Source: a virus. From it: a stretch of DNA of 64,000 bases. Positions 9,205-18,800 of the stretch are shown piece after piece. The position numbers and the translations under genes are program-made. Position 1 is the first letter of the stretch. The number at the start of each line of letters is the position of its first letter. The notes beneath the pieces are model-generated. The model worked only from the letters and a program-made list of their open reading frames with translations. It was not told where the DNA came from and ran no database searches. The stretch lies in IMG/VR virus record IMGVR_UViG_3300020438_005037, positions 6,010-70,009 of that record. One strand, written 5' to 3'.

Positions 9205-9213
9205 TGTTATACT
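9185..9213 (+). promoter_or_regulatory. Sigma70-type promoter
   Basis: TTGACA-17 nt-TATACT with extended TG. Confidence 0.75.
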
Positions 9214-9241
9214 AGTTGTACAATCATATACATAGGTGCTC

Positions 9242-9613
9242 ATGCGACGAAAATTGCGACTCAAAGAATCAAAACAACAAAAGCTCATGAATGAACACAA
9301 GAAATATAATTTAGAAATGCGTCAGATCGGCTGTCATAAACAACAAAAGACCTTTGACCAATATGTGGCATGGAAGTATGGTTATTACAAACCCAGAGAA
9401 CAAAAGATTACAATAAAAGAAGAATCTATTTATCGTAGAGCAGAATTTACTGCACCCAGTTTAAACAGTGGCATCCTTAATCAATGTGTAAAGGCTAAAG
9501 AGCGAGTCTACACAGGTACATTGGTTACCGGTGTTGCTACTATGCACAAAAGTAATGCTGTGCCTATTATCAATAAAGATCAGGCATCGGATTTAGCAAC
9601 AATGCGGAGATAA
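9242..9613 (+). CDS. Conserved phage hypothetical protein
   Basis: C-terminal YTGTLVTGVATMHKSNAVP motif, recalled from large T4-like phages. Confidence 0.7.
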   Translation: MRRKLRLKESKQQKLMNEHKKYNLEMRQIGCHKQQKTFDQYVAWKYGYYKPREQKITIKEESIYRRAEFTAPSLNSGILNQCVKAKERVYTGTLVTGVATMHKSNAVPIINKDQASDLATMRR

Positions 9614-9617
9614 AGAG

Positions 9618-9986
9618 ATGATTTTGTATGTTGATGTTGATGGAACTATATGTAATGAAGTGGTTGATACAGCTATCGGTACTTCTGCAGAAAATATTGA
9701 AGTAAAGAAAAATTATATGGCTGCTACACCTTATTTAGATCGAATTGCGTATATTAACAAGTTGTATGACCAAGGTAATAGTATATACTATTGGACTGCT
9801 AGAGGTGCACGATCAAAAATCAATTGGTTCCTAAAGACACAAGAACAACTAGATTCTTGGGGGTGCAAATATCACGGGTTGAGCGTTGGAACCAAACCAC
9901 ATTTTGACGCATACATATGCGATAAAAGTTTCAACGCCGATAGTTGGTTTTTACACCAGACAATCCATAAAGATTTGATGATCTAA
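9618..9986 (+). CDS. Small HAD-superfamily phosphatase
   Basis: YVDVDGT motif I, WTARG motif II, KP..D.YICDK motifs III/IV. Confidence 0.85.
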   Translation: MILYVDVDGTICNEVVDTAIGTSAENIEVKKNYMAATPYLDRIAYINKLYDQGNSIYYWTARGARSKINWFLKTQEQLDSWGCKYHGLSVGTKPHFDAYICDKSFNADSWFLHQTIHKDLMI

Positions 9987-9995
9987 AAAATCCTC

Positions 9996-10023
9996 TTGAC
10001 TTTTTAGTATTAGATGCTATAAT
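9996..10023 (+). promoter_or_regulatory. Sigma70-type promoter
   Basis: TTGACT-16 nt-TATAAT with extended TG. Confidence 0.7.
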
Positions 10024-10059
10024 ATATTTAATTGTTCATAACACTAACAGGAGATTACT

Positions 10060-11367
10060 ATGGCTATTGCAAAGAAGAGAAGAAACACACGACAAGGCAA
10101 TGCAGGCATTGCGGCCAAGTCAATTGTCCGTAACAAAAATATTGAACCAGTTTGGACCGGTTGGGAGAGTATGACAGGTGAACAATTTTATAATCATAAA
10201 AAAGTAAGCATCCGATATTATTACACAACTTTTAAACTACCTGAACTTGTTACCAATGTATTTGAGTGGATGAAAGTCAATGATTACTCTAAAGATGACA
10301 TTAAGTATGCTCGTGCTGCAGGACCTGGAATTATTACAGCGGTAGCAGCAATACATGCACGTATGCTAGCCAACGGTATGCCAGATTTCAATCAGAAAGA
10401 ACAAAATTATTATGAAACTATGCCAGGGTTAGGTGATACAGTAACTCCTGTTTCAGATTACATCCGTGCCAAGGTCAAACTTGCTATATCAAATGGAAAA
10501 ATTATATTAGCAATGAAAAAAGAATTAGAGCCAGTAGAACAGTATCCAAAACCTTATGTGCCAACAATCCAAGAACGAATTTCTGAACAAGCGGGTACAA
10601 TGTCTGAGGATATAGATGAGTGGTTAGAAGGATTTTTATCAGACAAAAAAAGTTTTGATCCTAAAGGATTTAATTTTAAAAAGCACTTTGCAGCAAAAGG
10701 AGTGACACAAGCTCACGCACGTAAATTAAAGAAATTTTACGACGAACAATTGATGGATTTTATTGAGCTAGAGCAAATGCCTAGTGCAGGACAATTGAAA
10801 AAATTATCTGAATTCGATGCAGATCAATGGCTACAATTAAAAGAAGGATACAATCATTTAACAAAAAATGACATAAAAAAATATAGAAGTGCTATTGAGG
10901 GTGTGATTGAAGCTTTAAATTTTGTAATAGAAGCAAGTAAAGCACAACGGAAGCCTCGTAAGGCAAAGCCGAAGAGTGCAACAAAACTAGTCGAAAAGTT
11001 AAAATTTTGCGTTAAGGATGATCGATTCCAATTAGCTAGTATTGCAGCAGAGAACATTGTTGGAGCTAATGAACTTTGGGTTTTTAATGTAAAATATCGT
11101 AAACTGGGTAAGTATATTGCTAAAAACATTGATACTACAGGACAAGGAAGAGAAGGGTCGGGCTTATCGGTTAAAGGTGCAAGTATTATAGATTTTGATC
11201 CACAATTAAGTGTACAAAAAACACTTAGGAAGCCATTGGATCAATTGAAAGAATTTAAAGCAGCAGGCAAAGTTAAATTACGCAAATTTTTAGATGAAGT
11301 CCCAACTACAGATACATTACTTAACGGTCGTTGTAATAACGATACAATTCTTTTAAAAGTGCAATAA
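10060..11367 (+). CDS. Conserved phage early protein (possibly Srd-like host transcription modulator)
   Basis: SD AGGAG after a strong promoter; basic RKPRKAKPK followed by GANELWVFNVKYRKLG; function assignment weak. Confidence 0.6.
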   Translation: MAIAKKRRNTRQGNAGIAAKSIVRNKNIEPVWTGWESMTGEQFYNHKKVSIRYYYTTFKLPELVTNVFEWMKVNDYSKDDIKYARAAGPGIITAVAAIHARMLANGMPDFNQKEQNYYETMPGLGDTVTPVSDYIRAKVKLAISNGKIILAMKKELEPVEQYPKPYVPTIQERISEQAGTMSEDIDEWLEGFLSDKKSFDPKGFNFKKHFAAKGVTQAHARKLKKFYDEQLMDFIELEQMPSAGQLKKLSEFDADQWLQLKEGYNHLTKNDIKKYRSAIEGVIEALNFVIEASKAQRKPRKAKPKSATKLVEKLKFCVKDDRFQLASIAAENIVGANELWVFNVKYRKLGKYIAKNIDTTGQGREGSGLSVKGASIIDFDPQLSVQKTLRKPLDQLKEFKAAGKVKLRKFLDEVPTTDTLLNGRCNNDTILLKVQ

Positions 11368-11849
11368 TGGCAAAATTTATTTCAACAAAAACATACGGGA
11401 ACGATCAAGGATTAAGTTGTTGCTTTCGACAATGGGCAGCCGGCCATTCTCATTGCTCCTTGTTACATGGATACAGCATAGGAGTAAAGTTGACATTCGA
11501 ATGTGATCACCTAGATGATCGCAACTGGGTGCAAGATTTTGGCGGACTTAAAAAATTCAAAGAATGGTTGAAATATATGTTTGACCATACATTGTTAGTG
11601 GCAGAGGATGATCCTCTGTTAGATAAATTCATTGAATTAGACAAAGTCCAAGGTGGTTGGCAAGACAAAGGTATAATGGATCTTCGGATAGTTCCAGGAG
11701 TAGGCTGTGAAAAGTTTGCAGAATTAATACATAACACTTTGTCTGAAATGTTGCATGCAAATAGAAACACTTCATTGAACAAAAGTGTTAACCTAAAATC
11801 TGTAGAAGTATTTGAACATAGTGCAAACAGTGCTATATATGAGGTATAG
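11367..11849 (+). CDS. queD: 6-carboxy-tetrahydropterin synthase (QueD/PTPS family)
   Basis: HCSLLHGY, WVQDFGGLK, FDHTLL, GCEKFAE, VEVFEHSANSA. Confidence 0.85.
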   Translation: MAKFISTKTYGNDQGLSCCFRQWAAGHSHCSLLHGYSIGVKLTFECDHLDDRNWVQDFGGLKKFKEWLKYMFDHTLLVAEDDPLLDKFIELDKVQGGWQDKGIMDLRIVPGVGCEKFAELIHNTLSEMLHANRNTSLNKSVNLKSVEVFEHSANSAIYEV

Positions 11850-11854
11850 TATAA

Positions 11855-12673
11855 GTGAAATTAGACAAGACACACTATAGCAAAGAAGAATTTCAAAATA
11901 TACTGGCAGAACGACGCCTAGATAAAAGAAATAAAAAATTGCATGACTCAATCGAAGATAGTGTGCCTACAGAACGTAACTACTTGTGTTTAAAACATGG
12001 AAATAAATATTCAGCTGATTATGTAAATATCCTATTCAGCATGTGTAAAAGACACAGTAAATTTGATTTTAATTTTTATTGCTTAACTGAAAATAGTAAA
12101 GGAATCGACCCCAATATAAAAATTTTACCTTTACCTATTTCTAATCTTACCGGTTGGTGGTACAAACCTTATATTTTTTCCGCAGAAATACCTATCAAAG
12201 GCACTATTCTATACCTTGATTTAGACGTAGTAATTTCAAATGATGTGGAAAAAATTTGGAATTTCCATCCGGTTAAACTATGTGTATTACGAGACTTTAT
12301 AAGAACAGTAAGACCTAGTTGGAACAGGATAAACTCTAGTGTGATAAAGTTCCAATGCGGCAAATATGACTTCATCTGGAATCAATTTATTAACAATAGT
12401 GCTGATTACATGCGTAAATATCATGGGGATCAGGATTATTTATACGAAACAGCAAGGAACATAGCACATTTCTTTCCTGATGATTGGATAAGAAGTTGGA
12501 AATGGGAGATTAGGAAAAGCAAACATGTAAACATTACTGCTCCTAAAGGTACAAGAAAATTTTTACACACAGAAACTGTAGAACCAGATCCTGGATGCTG
12601 TATACAAGTATTTCATGGAGATCCTAATCCTCATATATGTGAGGATCCTTTTATAATAAGACACTGGAAATGA
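11855..12673 (+). CDS. GT-A fold glycosyltransferase (GT8-like)
   Basis: GWWYK, LYLDLDVV (DxD), NSSV, GDQD, VFHGDPNP. Confidence 0.8.
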   Translation: MKLDKTHYSKEEFQNILAERRLDKRNKKLHDSIEDSVPTERNYLCLKHGNKYSADYVNILFSMCKRHSKFDFNFYCLTENSKGIDPNIKILPLPISNLTGWWYKPYIFSAEIPIKGTILYLDLDVVISNDVEKIWNFHPVKLCVLRDFIRTVRPSWNRINSSVIKFQCGKYDFIWNQFINNSADYMRKYHGDQDYLYETARNIAHFFPDDWIRSWKWEIRKSKHVNITAPKGTRKFLHTETVEPDPGCCIQVFHGDPNPHICEDPFIIRHWK

Positions 12674-13752
12674 AAAAACGAATTGGTTTTGCATGTAAAT
12701 ATATGCACTATAACCAAAATCAAAAGAAAAAACTTTTAGAAGAAATACAAAGACCTTTCAATACAAAATGTACTACAGTTGCATGGTTGAATAGGCAAAA
12801 TAAAGAGACTGCAGAAAACAGACTGTGGGATATAATGGTTCATAACATACAAAGTTATGTACAACTGATTAAATATGTTTCAACATTACCAGAAACTCTA
12901 CATATGGTTAGATTAGGTAGTGATGTACTGCCTGTATATACAGAATCAACTTGGAGTTATTACTGGCAAAAAGCAGAAGTTAGAGCATATTGTGAAAGAG
13001 AGCTAGGCATTGCCGGTGCTATTGCTAGAGACAAAGATATAAAATTATCTATGCATCCTGGACAATTTACTGTGCTTGCAAGTGATAATGATGAAATTGT
13101 ACAACGCTCTATAGAGGAGTTCGAATACCATGTGGATATCGCACGTTGGATGGGCTACGGCAAACAGTTCCAAGATTTCAAGATCAACGTACACATCGCG
13201 GGTCGAAAAGGTCCAGAAGGCATCAAAGCAGTATTGCCAAAACTTACCCCAGAGGCACGTAACACAATCACGATCGAGAATGATGAAACAAAATGGGGAC
13301 TTGACGCAAGCCTCCAACTTGAAAATGACCTCGCATTGGTACTTGACATACACCATCACTGGGTTAACAGTGGAGAATACATTCAACCCACCGATGATAG
13401 ATATCAGCGTGTAGTAGATAGCTGGCGAGGTGTACGTCCTACTATCCATTATTCATACAGTAGGAACGAACACTTACCACCAGACTTCCAACATAATTGT
13501 TTTCCCAATATGCAAATGCTTTTGGAAAATGGATACAAAAAACAAAAACTTAGAGCACATAGTGATTTTTATCCAAATTCAAGCGTCAACAATTGGGCAC
13601 TTTCATTCTTGGATTCTACAGATATTATGTGTGAATCTAAGTGCAAGAATCTAGCCAGTATTGAATTGTATGAATATTATCTTAAAAATAAAAAATTTCT
13701 TTGTCCTGAGCTATCAAACCAGCAAAACAGCTTTTTGGCTAGAGTTGCTTGA
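12670..13752 (+). CDS. uvsE: UV damage endonuclease
   Basis: RIGFACK, VRLGSD, SMHPGQF, TIENDE, LVLDIHHH, HYS, AHSD, DIMCESKCK. Confidence 0.92.
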   Translation: MKKRIGFACKYMHYNQNQKKKLLEEIQRPFNTKCTTVAWLNRQNKETAENRLWDIMVHNIQSYVQLIKYVSTLPETLHMVRLGSDVLPVYTESTWSYYWQKAEVRAYCERELGIAGAIARDKDIKLSMHPGQFTVLASDNDEIVQRSIEEFEYHVDIARWMGYGKQFQDFKINVHIAGRKGPEGIKAVLPKLTPEARNTITIENDETKWGLDASLQLENDLALVLDIHHHWVNSGEYIQPTDDRYQRVVDSWRGVRPTIHYSYSRNEHLPPDFQHNCFPNMQMLLENGYKKQKLRAHSDFYPNSSVNNWALSFLDSTDIMCESKCKNLASIELYEYYLKNKKFLCPELSNQQNSFLARVA

Positions 13753-13957
13753 GGCTGTTTTCCTTATCGCAGCAAGCGCAATTTTAAGTTTTACTATTTT
13801 AGATCCCGCCACAAAAATCTTCATTCCGTTATATTTAATTGGCAGCATTGCTAGTGTAATAAGCACATACCTTAGAAGCAGCACCGCAATCGTGCTGTGC
13901 CTATGGTTCACTGCAATGAATTCCTGGGCCTTCGTACAGCTTTTCTTTTTAGAATAA
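13670..13957 (+). CDS. Small 3-TM membrane protein
   Basis: Three hydrophobic segments; overlaps the uvsE 3' end. Confidence 0.65.
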   Translation: MNIILKIKNFFVLSYQTSKTAFWLELLEAVFLIAASAILSFTILDPATKIFIPLYLIGSIASVISTYLRSSTAIVLCLWFTAMNSWAFVQLFFLE

Positions 13958-13982
13958 ATACACGATAGCCGGAGCGTAGTCC

Positions 13983-15383
13983 ATGCTGTTGAGACAAATT
14001 TATGAACAAAAATTAATAGAAGCACAATTAAGTGATATTACTATTGGCTTCGAAATAGAATGTATTATTGATGGGAATAAAAAACCTACCTTCATAGAAC
14101 TTGCTAAAAAATACAATGCTGTGGGAGTAGACGACACTAGCATTACACCTACTCGTGTATTTGGAAACGAGATAGGAATTGAGTATCGTCTTGGAGCTCT
14201 TGCACAAGGCGGTCAAATGGTTGCAAGTCCTGCAAATATTGTTACTTGTGCTAATTTTGTCCACGATTTGTTTCAACAAGGTGCTTATACCAACAAATCA
14301 TGTGGTATGCATGCACATTTTGGTTTGGGAGCTATAACTAGATTAAGTAATCTAGAAACAGGATGGATTACCATAATGATGCTGCAATCAAAATTGTTTG
14401 AAACGTATGCAACATATAAAGGTCAAATGTTGTTTGATAACGATTACGCAAGTATACATGCAGTAAAGGAAAGTGTACAAGAAATAGTTGATTATGCTAC
14501 TGAGATAGCAGAAGAAGAAGATAAAGATGCGGTCATAAAATACCTGTTTGAAAACTTACTTAGCAAACGTGAATTTACAAAATATTCGGCTCTTTTTCCG
14601 CATGGACAAGGCACTCTTGAATGGAGAGGATTAAGAGGAATATTAGATGCGCCTCGGCAAAATATTAATTATCAAACAGTGCTAGGTTTTTTTAAACTTG
14701 CACTAAACTTTGCTGTGACTATCCGGCAGTTAATGAATAAATTCCAAAAATTTACAATAGCAGGTGTAGCACTTAAAGATATACAATCCTACGCTGCTAA
14801 AGGAGGATATAAAAGTGCAATAGGAGGAAAAGGTAAAATTATGGATCTGATTAAAAAGTCGGATCTTAATAAAGATATGCAAAGGATATTTTCTCGTGCG
14901 CTTGGCCCAAGGATGAGTAGTAAAGATTTAAAATTACAATATTGGGACAGGATCAGTAATATAGTTGAAGATAGATTGCCAGCAGCTACAAAACCACTTA
15001 ATCACATTTATGATATGTTTGGACAGTATGATCTATCATTACATGAAAAAATGATATCAGAATATTTTGAAATTCAAGCAAAAACACCAATTAATAACAT
15101 AGACATCATCATTGATGAAAATTTTACTACTGCAATAGACAAACGAATAGTTTTACAAATGTTTTTTAAACGCTGTAATTTAATTGCCAAAGATATAAAA
15201 TTCTTTGAAAACCATGGTTATCTTTTGAGAAAAAGCCCTCAATTCCACCGTAGTAATAAAATAGTAGTAAAAGACGAAAAAGATAAGAAAAAAATTCAAG
15301 TATATCTAGAAGTAGTAAATAGATTTAATTTAAAATTTCACCTTATAAAAGACAATATAGAAATTGATCCTAGTAAATTTTAA
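13983..15383 (+). CDS. Putative amidoligase (COOH-NH2 ligase, Amidoligase_2-like)
   Basis: IGFEIE, DDTSI, GIEY, TNKSCGMHAH, KYSA, TLEWRG; ATAAATA at 13954-13960. Confidence 0.75.
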   Translation: MLLRQIYEQKLIEAQLSDITIGFEIECIIDGNKKPTFIELAKKYNAVGVDDTSITPTRVFGNEIGIEYRLGALAQGGQMVASPANIVTCANFVHDLFQQGAYTNKSCGMHAHFGLGAITRLSNLETGWITIMMLQSKLFETYATYKGQMLFDNDYASIHAVKESVQEIVDYATEIAEEEDKDAVIKYLFENLLSKREFTKYSALFPHGQGTLEWRGLRGILDAPRQNINYQTVLGFFKLALNFAVTIRQLMNKFQKFTIAGVALKDIQSYAAKGGYKSAIGGKGKIMDLIKKSDLNKDMQRIFSRALGPRMSSKDLKLQYWDRISNIVEDRLPAATKPLNHIYDMFGQYDLSLHEKMISEYFEIQAKTPINNIDIIIDENFTTAIDKRIVLQMFFKRCNLIAKDIKFFENHGYLLRKSPQFHRSNKIVVKDEKDKKKIQVYLEVVNRFNLKFHLIKDNIEIDPSKF

Positions 15384-15430
15384 AACTATACTAATAAAAT
15401 AATATCATAAATACACTAAAGAGAGAAAAC

Positions 15431-15805
15431 ATGTCATTTGTTGTAGTCACGGATCGCGCCAAGAATAAAATTAATGAATTATGTAAAGAGAACGAAGTTT
15501 TTGCCGTTACACTTAGTTTAAAAGGTGGCGGATGCGCAGGATATCAATATGATTGGGGAGTGACTGATAAACCAGAAAAAAGGGATGAAATTATAGCAGC
15601 AGGTGAAGGACATTTAGCAATTGATAGGAAAAGCATGCTATTTTTAATGGGAACAGAAATTGATTACGTAAGTACAATTGTTGGATCTAATTTTGAAATT
15701 AAGAATCCTAATGCAAAAAGCAGTTGCGGTTGCGGAACAAGTGTTAGTTTTGATGTAAGCACAATGCCTAGCCAAGAGAAGCCAGTGTTTACTCCAACAT
15801 GGTAA
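15431..15805 (+). CDS. iscA: A-type Fe-S cluster carrier (IscA/SufA/HesB)
   Basis: GGGCAGYQY and NPNAKSSCGCGTS. Confidence 0.92.
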   Translation: MSFVVVTDRAKNKINELCKENEVFAVTLSLKGGGCAGYQYDWGVTDKPEKRDEIIAAGEGHLAIDRKSMLFLMGTEIDYVSTIVGSNFEIKNPNAKSSCGCGTSVSFDVSTMPSQEKPVFTPTW

Positions 15806-15826
15806 GAAATATCGGAGTTATAAAAA

Positions 15827-18800
15827 ATGCCAAGACAAGAAGTTAATATAGGTGTTGAAGGAAATGACGGTACTGGTGATAGTATTAGGGCATCGTTCAA
15901 TAAAGTAAACGAAAATTTTATAGAATTGTACGCAGTTTTTGGAATTGGTGGTCAAATTAAATTCACAAGTTTAAGTGACACTCCTGACACACTCACAGCA
16001 AACACAATACCTTTAGTAAACAGTGCTGGCACAGCAGTAAATTTAGTGCAATTAGCTAGCAATAGTGCTGTTGATGCAAATGCACAAGATAGTGTAAATT
16101 TCAGTTTTGATACTGCAGGAAAATTAGTTATTACTAGTGGGTTTGGTCAAGTAGCAGATGACTTATCCCCAACATTAGGAGGCCCGTTAGATGCAGGTAA
16201 TAGAGGAATTGCTAATGTAGCAATAAGTGATGCTGCTGCAAGCAACATGAACGCACAACATAGTGCGCTGTCAAATATTACTATTGATGATTTAGTAATT
16301 ACAAAAGGCTATGCAGATCAAAGATATGTAACTTCTGCTGTACCTGTCAGGGTAGATGACCAAGCCACTGGGACCGGTCATTACACATGGAATATTGAAA
16401 CCTATGTTAGCAATCAAATTAATATTATAAAACATACAACTGCAGCACAAGTTGACGTAGCTACAGGACATGGATTAAATGCTGCCTATAACGGTACATT
16501 AATGGTGTTTAATGCTGCGATAAGTGATTCTGGTGTCACAGGGTTAACATCTGGAGAAAAATATTATATTCGTATCTTTACAAACACGAATTTAAAATTA
16601 TTCAAATATGATTCTACCAAGGCAAAGACTGAGGATCCAGGGTACATTGCTGCCACACAAGTTTCTGATACTGCCGCTTTAGCATATACAGATAGTAACG
16701 GAAATCCTGTGGCTATAGATGTAGTAGGATCAAAACCTTCAGACAGTGGCGATGTACACACACTGACATTAGCAAGTTTTGATAGCACATTAAGTGGGAC
16801 ATACTTGGCAGATCAAGCACTTCCAAGAAAAGAAGTAGTCATGCGTAGTGGAGACACTATGACTGGCTCACTTTTCCTGGATGATCATCCAGGAGATTTT
16901 GCAGGTATAACACGATCCCCTAATACAGAAGATTACAGAGCTGCTACAAAATTTTATGTTGATAATTCAGGATACAGTAGTCCCGAAGTACTATATGTCA
17001 GCACAAAAGGTGACGACTTGATGCGCAATGCTCCAAGCGGTAAAGAAGGTACATCTAAGAGCTATGCATTTAAAACTATTAATGCAGCCGCACAACGGGC
17101 TGAAGACCTAATTAGGACAGCTCCTATAAGGCCAGGACCTTATACGCAAACGTTAACGCACACTGCTGGAGGCACAACTTCTGCAGCACAGATAATGCGT
17201 GGAGCATTTAAAGATGGTGTGTTTTTTAATGCAAGACGTTTGCTAGAGCGTAATAAAGAATATATACAAAAAGAAACCACAGCATACATCAATAAGACAT
17301 ATCCTAATTACACTTATGACGAAGCAAGATGTCAGAAAGATCTAGGATTAATTATTGATTCTATAGCATTTGATCTTAATAAAGGTGTTAGTTCTAATAG
17401 TTTAACTAGGATAGCAGGCGAAAGATATTACAGCTCTGTAAGTGGCAGGCGTGCAATTACAGCGCAAATAACATATACAGAAGCTGCTTTTAATTTTGCA
17501 AAGACACTATCAACTGATATTTTACGAAATCAATTAAATGACGAAATCACAATTACAGGTATATCAACGGCAGCGATAGGAGTTGTTACTACGCAAGCTA
17601 ACTCTCATCCATATTCAGATGGAGATATAATCGTTTTTAAAGATATACCAGGTATGACCCAATTAGAAGGGAAAACTGCGTATATTAAAACATTGTCAGC
17701 TACGCCTAACCAATTCCAATTATATCAAAATTCGGCACTAACAGTAGGTTTAAACACAACAAGCTTTACTGCTTTTACAGCATCTAGCACTGGAAAAGTT
17801 GGTACCAGATATCAACTTTTTGAATCACAGATATTTGATGTAGCAGAAGTAGTAATTGCTGCTGTTGATACTACAAAAATTCCTGTAGTAATTACCACTG
17901 TTGGTAATCACTTCCTAGATGATAACGAAAATATCACAATAGCAGGTTCTACTGGCATTACTGGAATAAATGGCAGCACAAACAGATATGTAAGGCGTCT
18001 AAATGACACACAATTTAGATTATACAGCAACACATTTAATGTAAAAAATATAAGCAGTGCTGATACAACAACCGATGTAGTGATAACAAGCTTTGGACAT
18101 GGCTTGCAAAATAATTCTACAGCGATTGTATTTACTGATGTTACAGCTACTAGTGGAAAAACTACTTTAGAAAATACTCTATATTATGTAGGAGATAGGA
18201 CAGATGACACTTTTACAGTATACACCGATGCAGCTAGGACACCGTCAACAAAATTAAGTAACTCCGGCATTAGTGGAATTACTGGAGGTACTATTACTTT
18301 GAATGCTGTGGCAGCAGATAGCTCTGCAGCATGGACAGGATCTTACACTGCTAACTCCGGTAAAATAACAAAGCCTTCTAGCAGTCCTGACACACAAGTA
18401 AATGCAGTGCAATCAAAATGGAATTTGATAGTTGATATAATTAAATTAGGAATAGATAGCGGCAGTGCAGTAAATTTTGGAAAACCCTATCAAATTGTAG
18501 TATCAAATGGAAATCAAAATCAAGGAGAAGTTGATCAAACTGATGCTGACAATAAGGATGCACTTGCAGGTAAAGTAATACGAGGCAAAAGATCTAATGC
18601 GCTTGGATTAATTACTAAAGTTACAAACAACGTTACTATTGAAGGCACAACTAATTTTGAAAATAATGCAGAAGAAAGACCAACCGTATTCGAAATGAAT
18701 CTACTAGAAGCTAGAGATTTTGAAGTTGGTGAAGAAATAGAGTTTGGAAACAGAAATGTTAACAAGCAAGTATTAATTGAAGTAGAAGCCGGTGCTTACA

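Noticed and set aside
13045-13654. Overlapping alternative-frame ORFs within uvsE
   Set aside because: No motifs or SD; a by-product of locally higher GC
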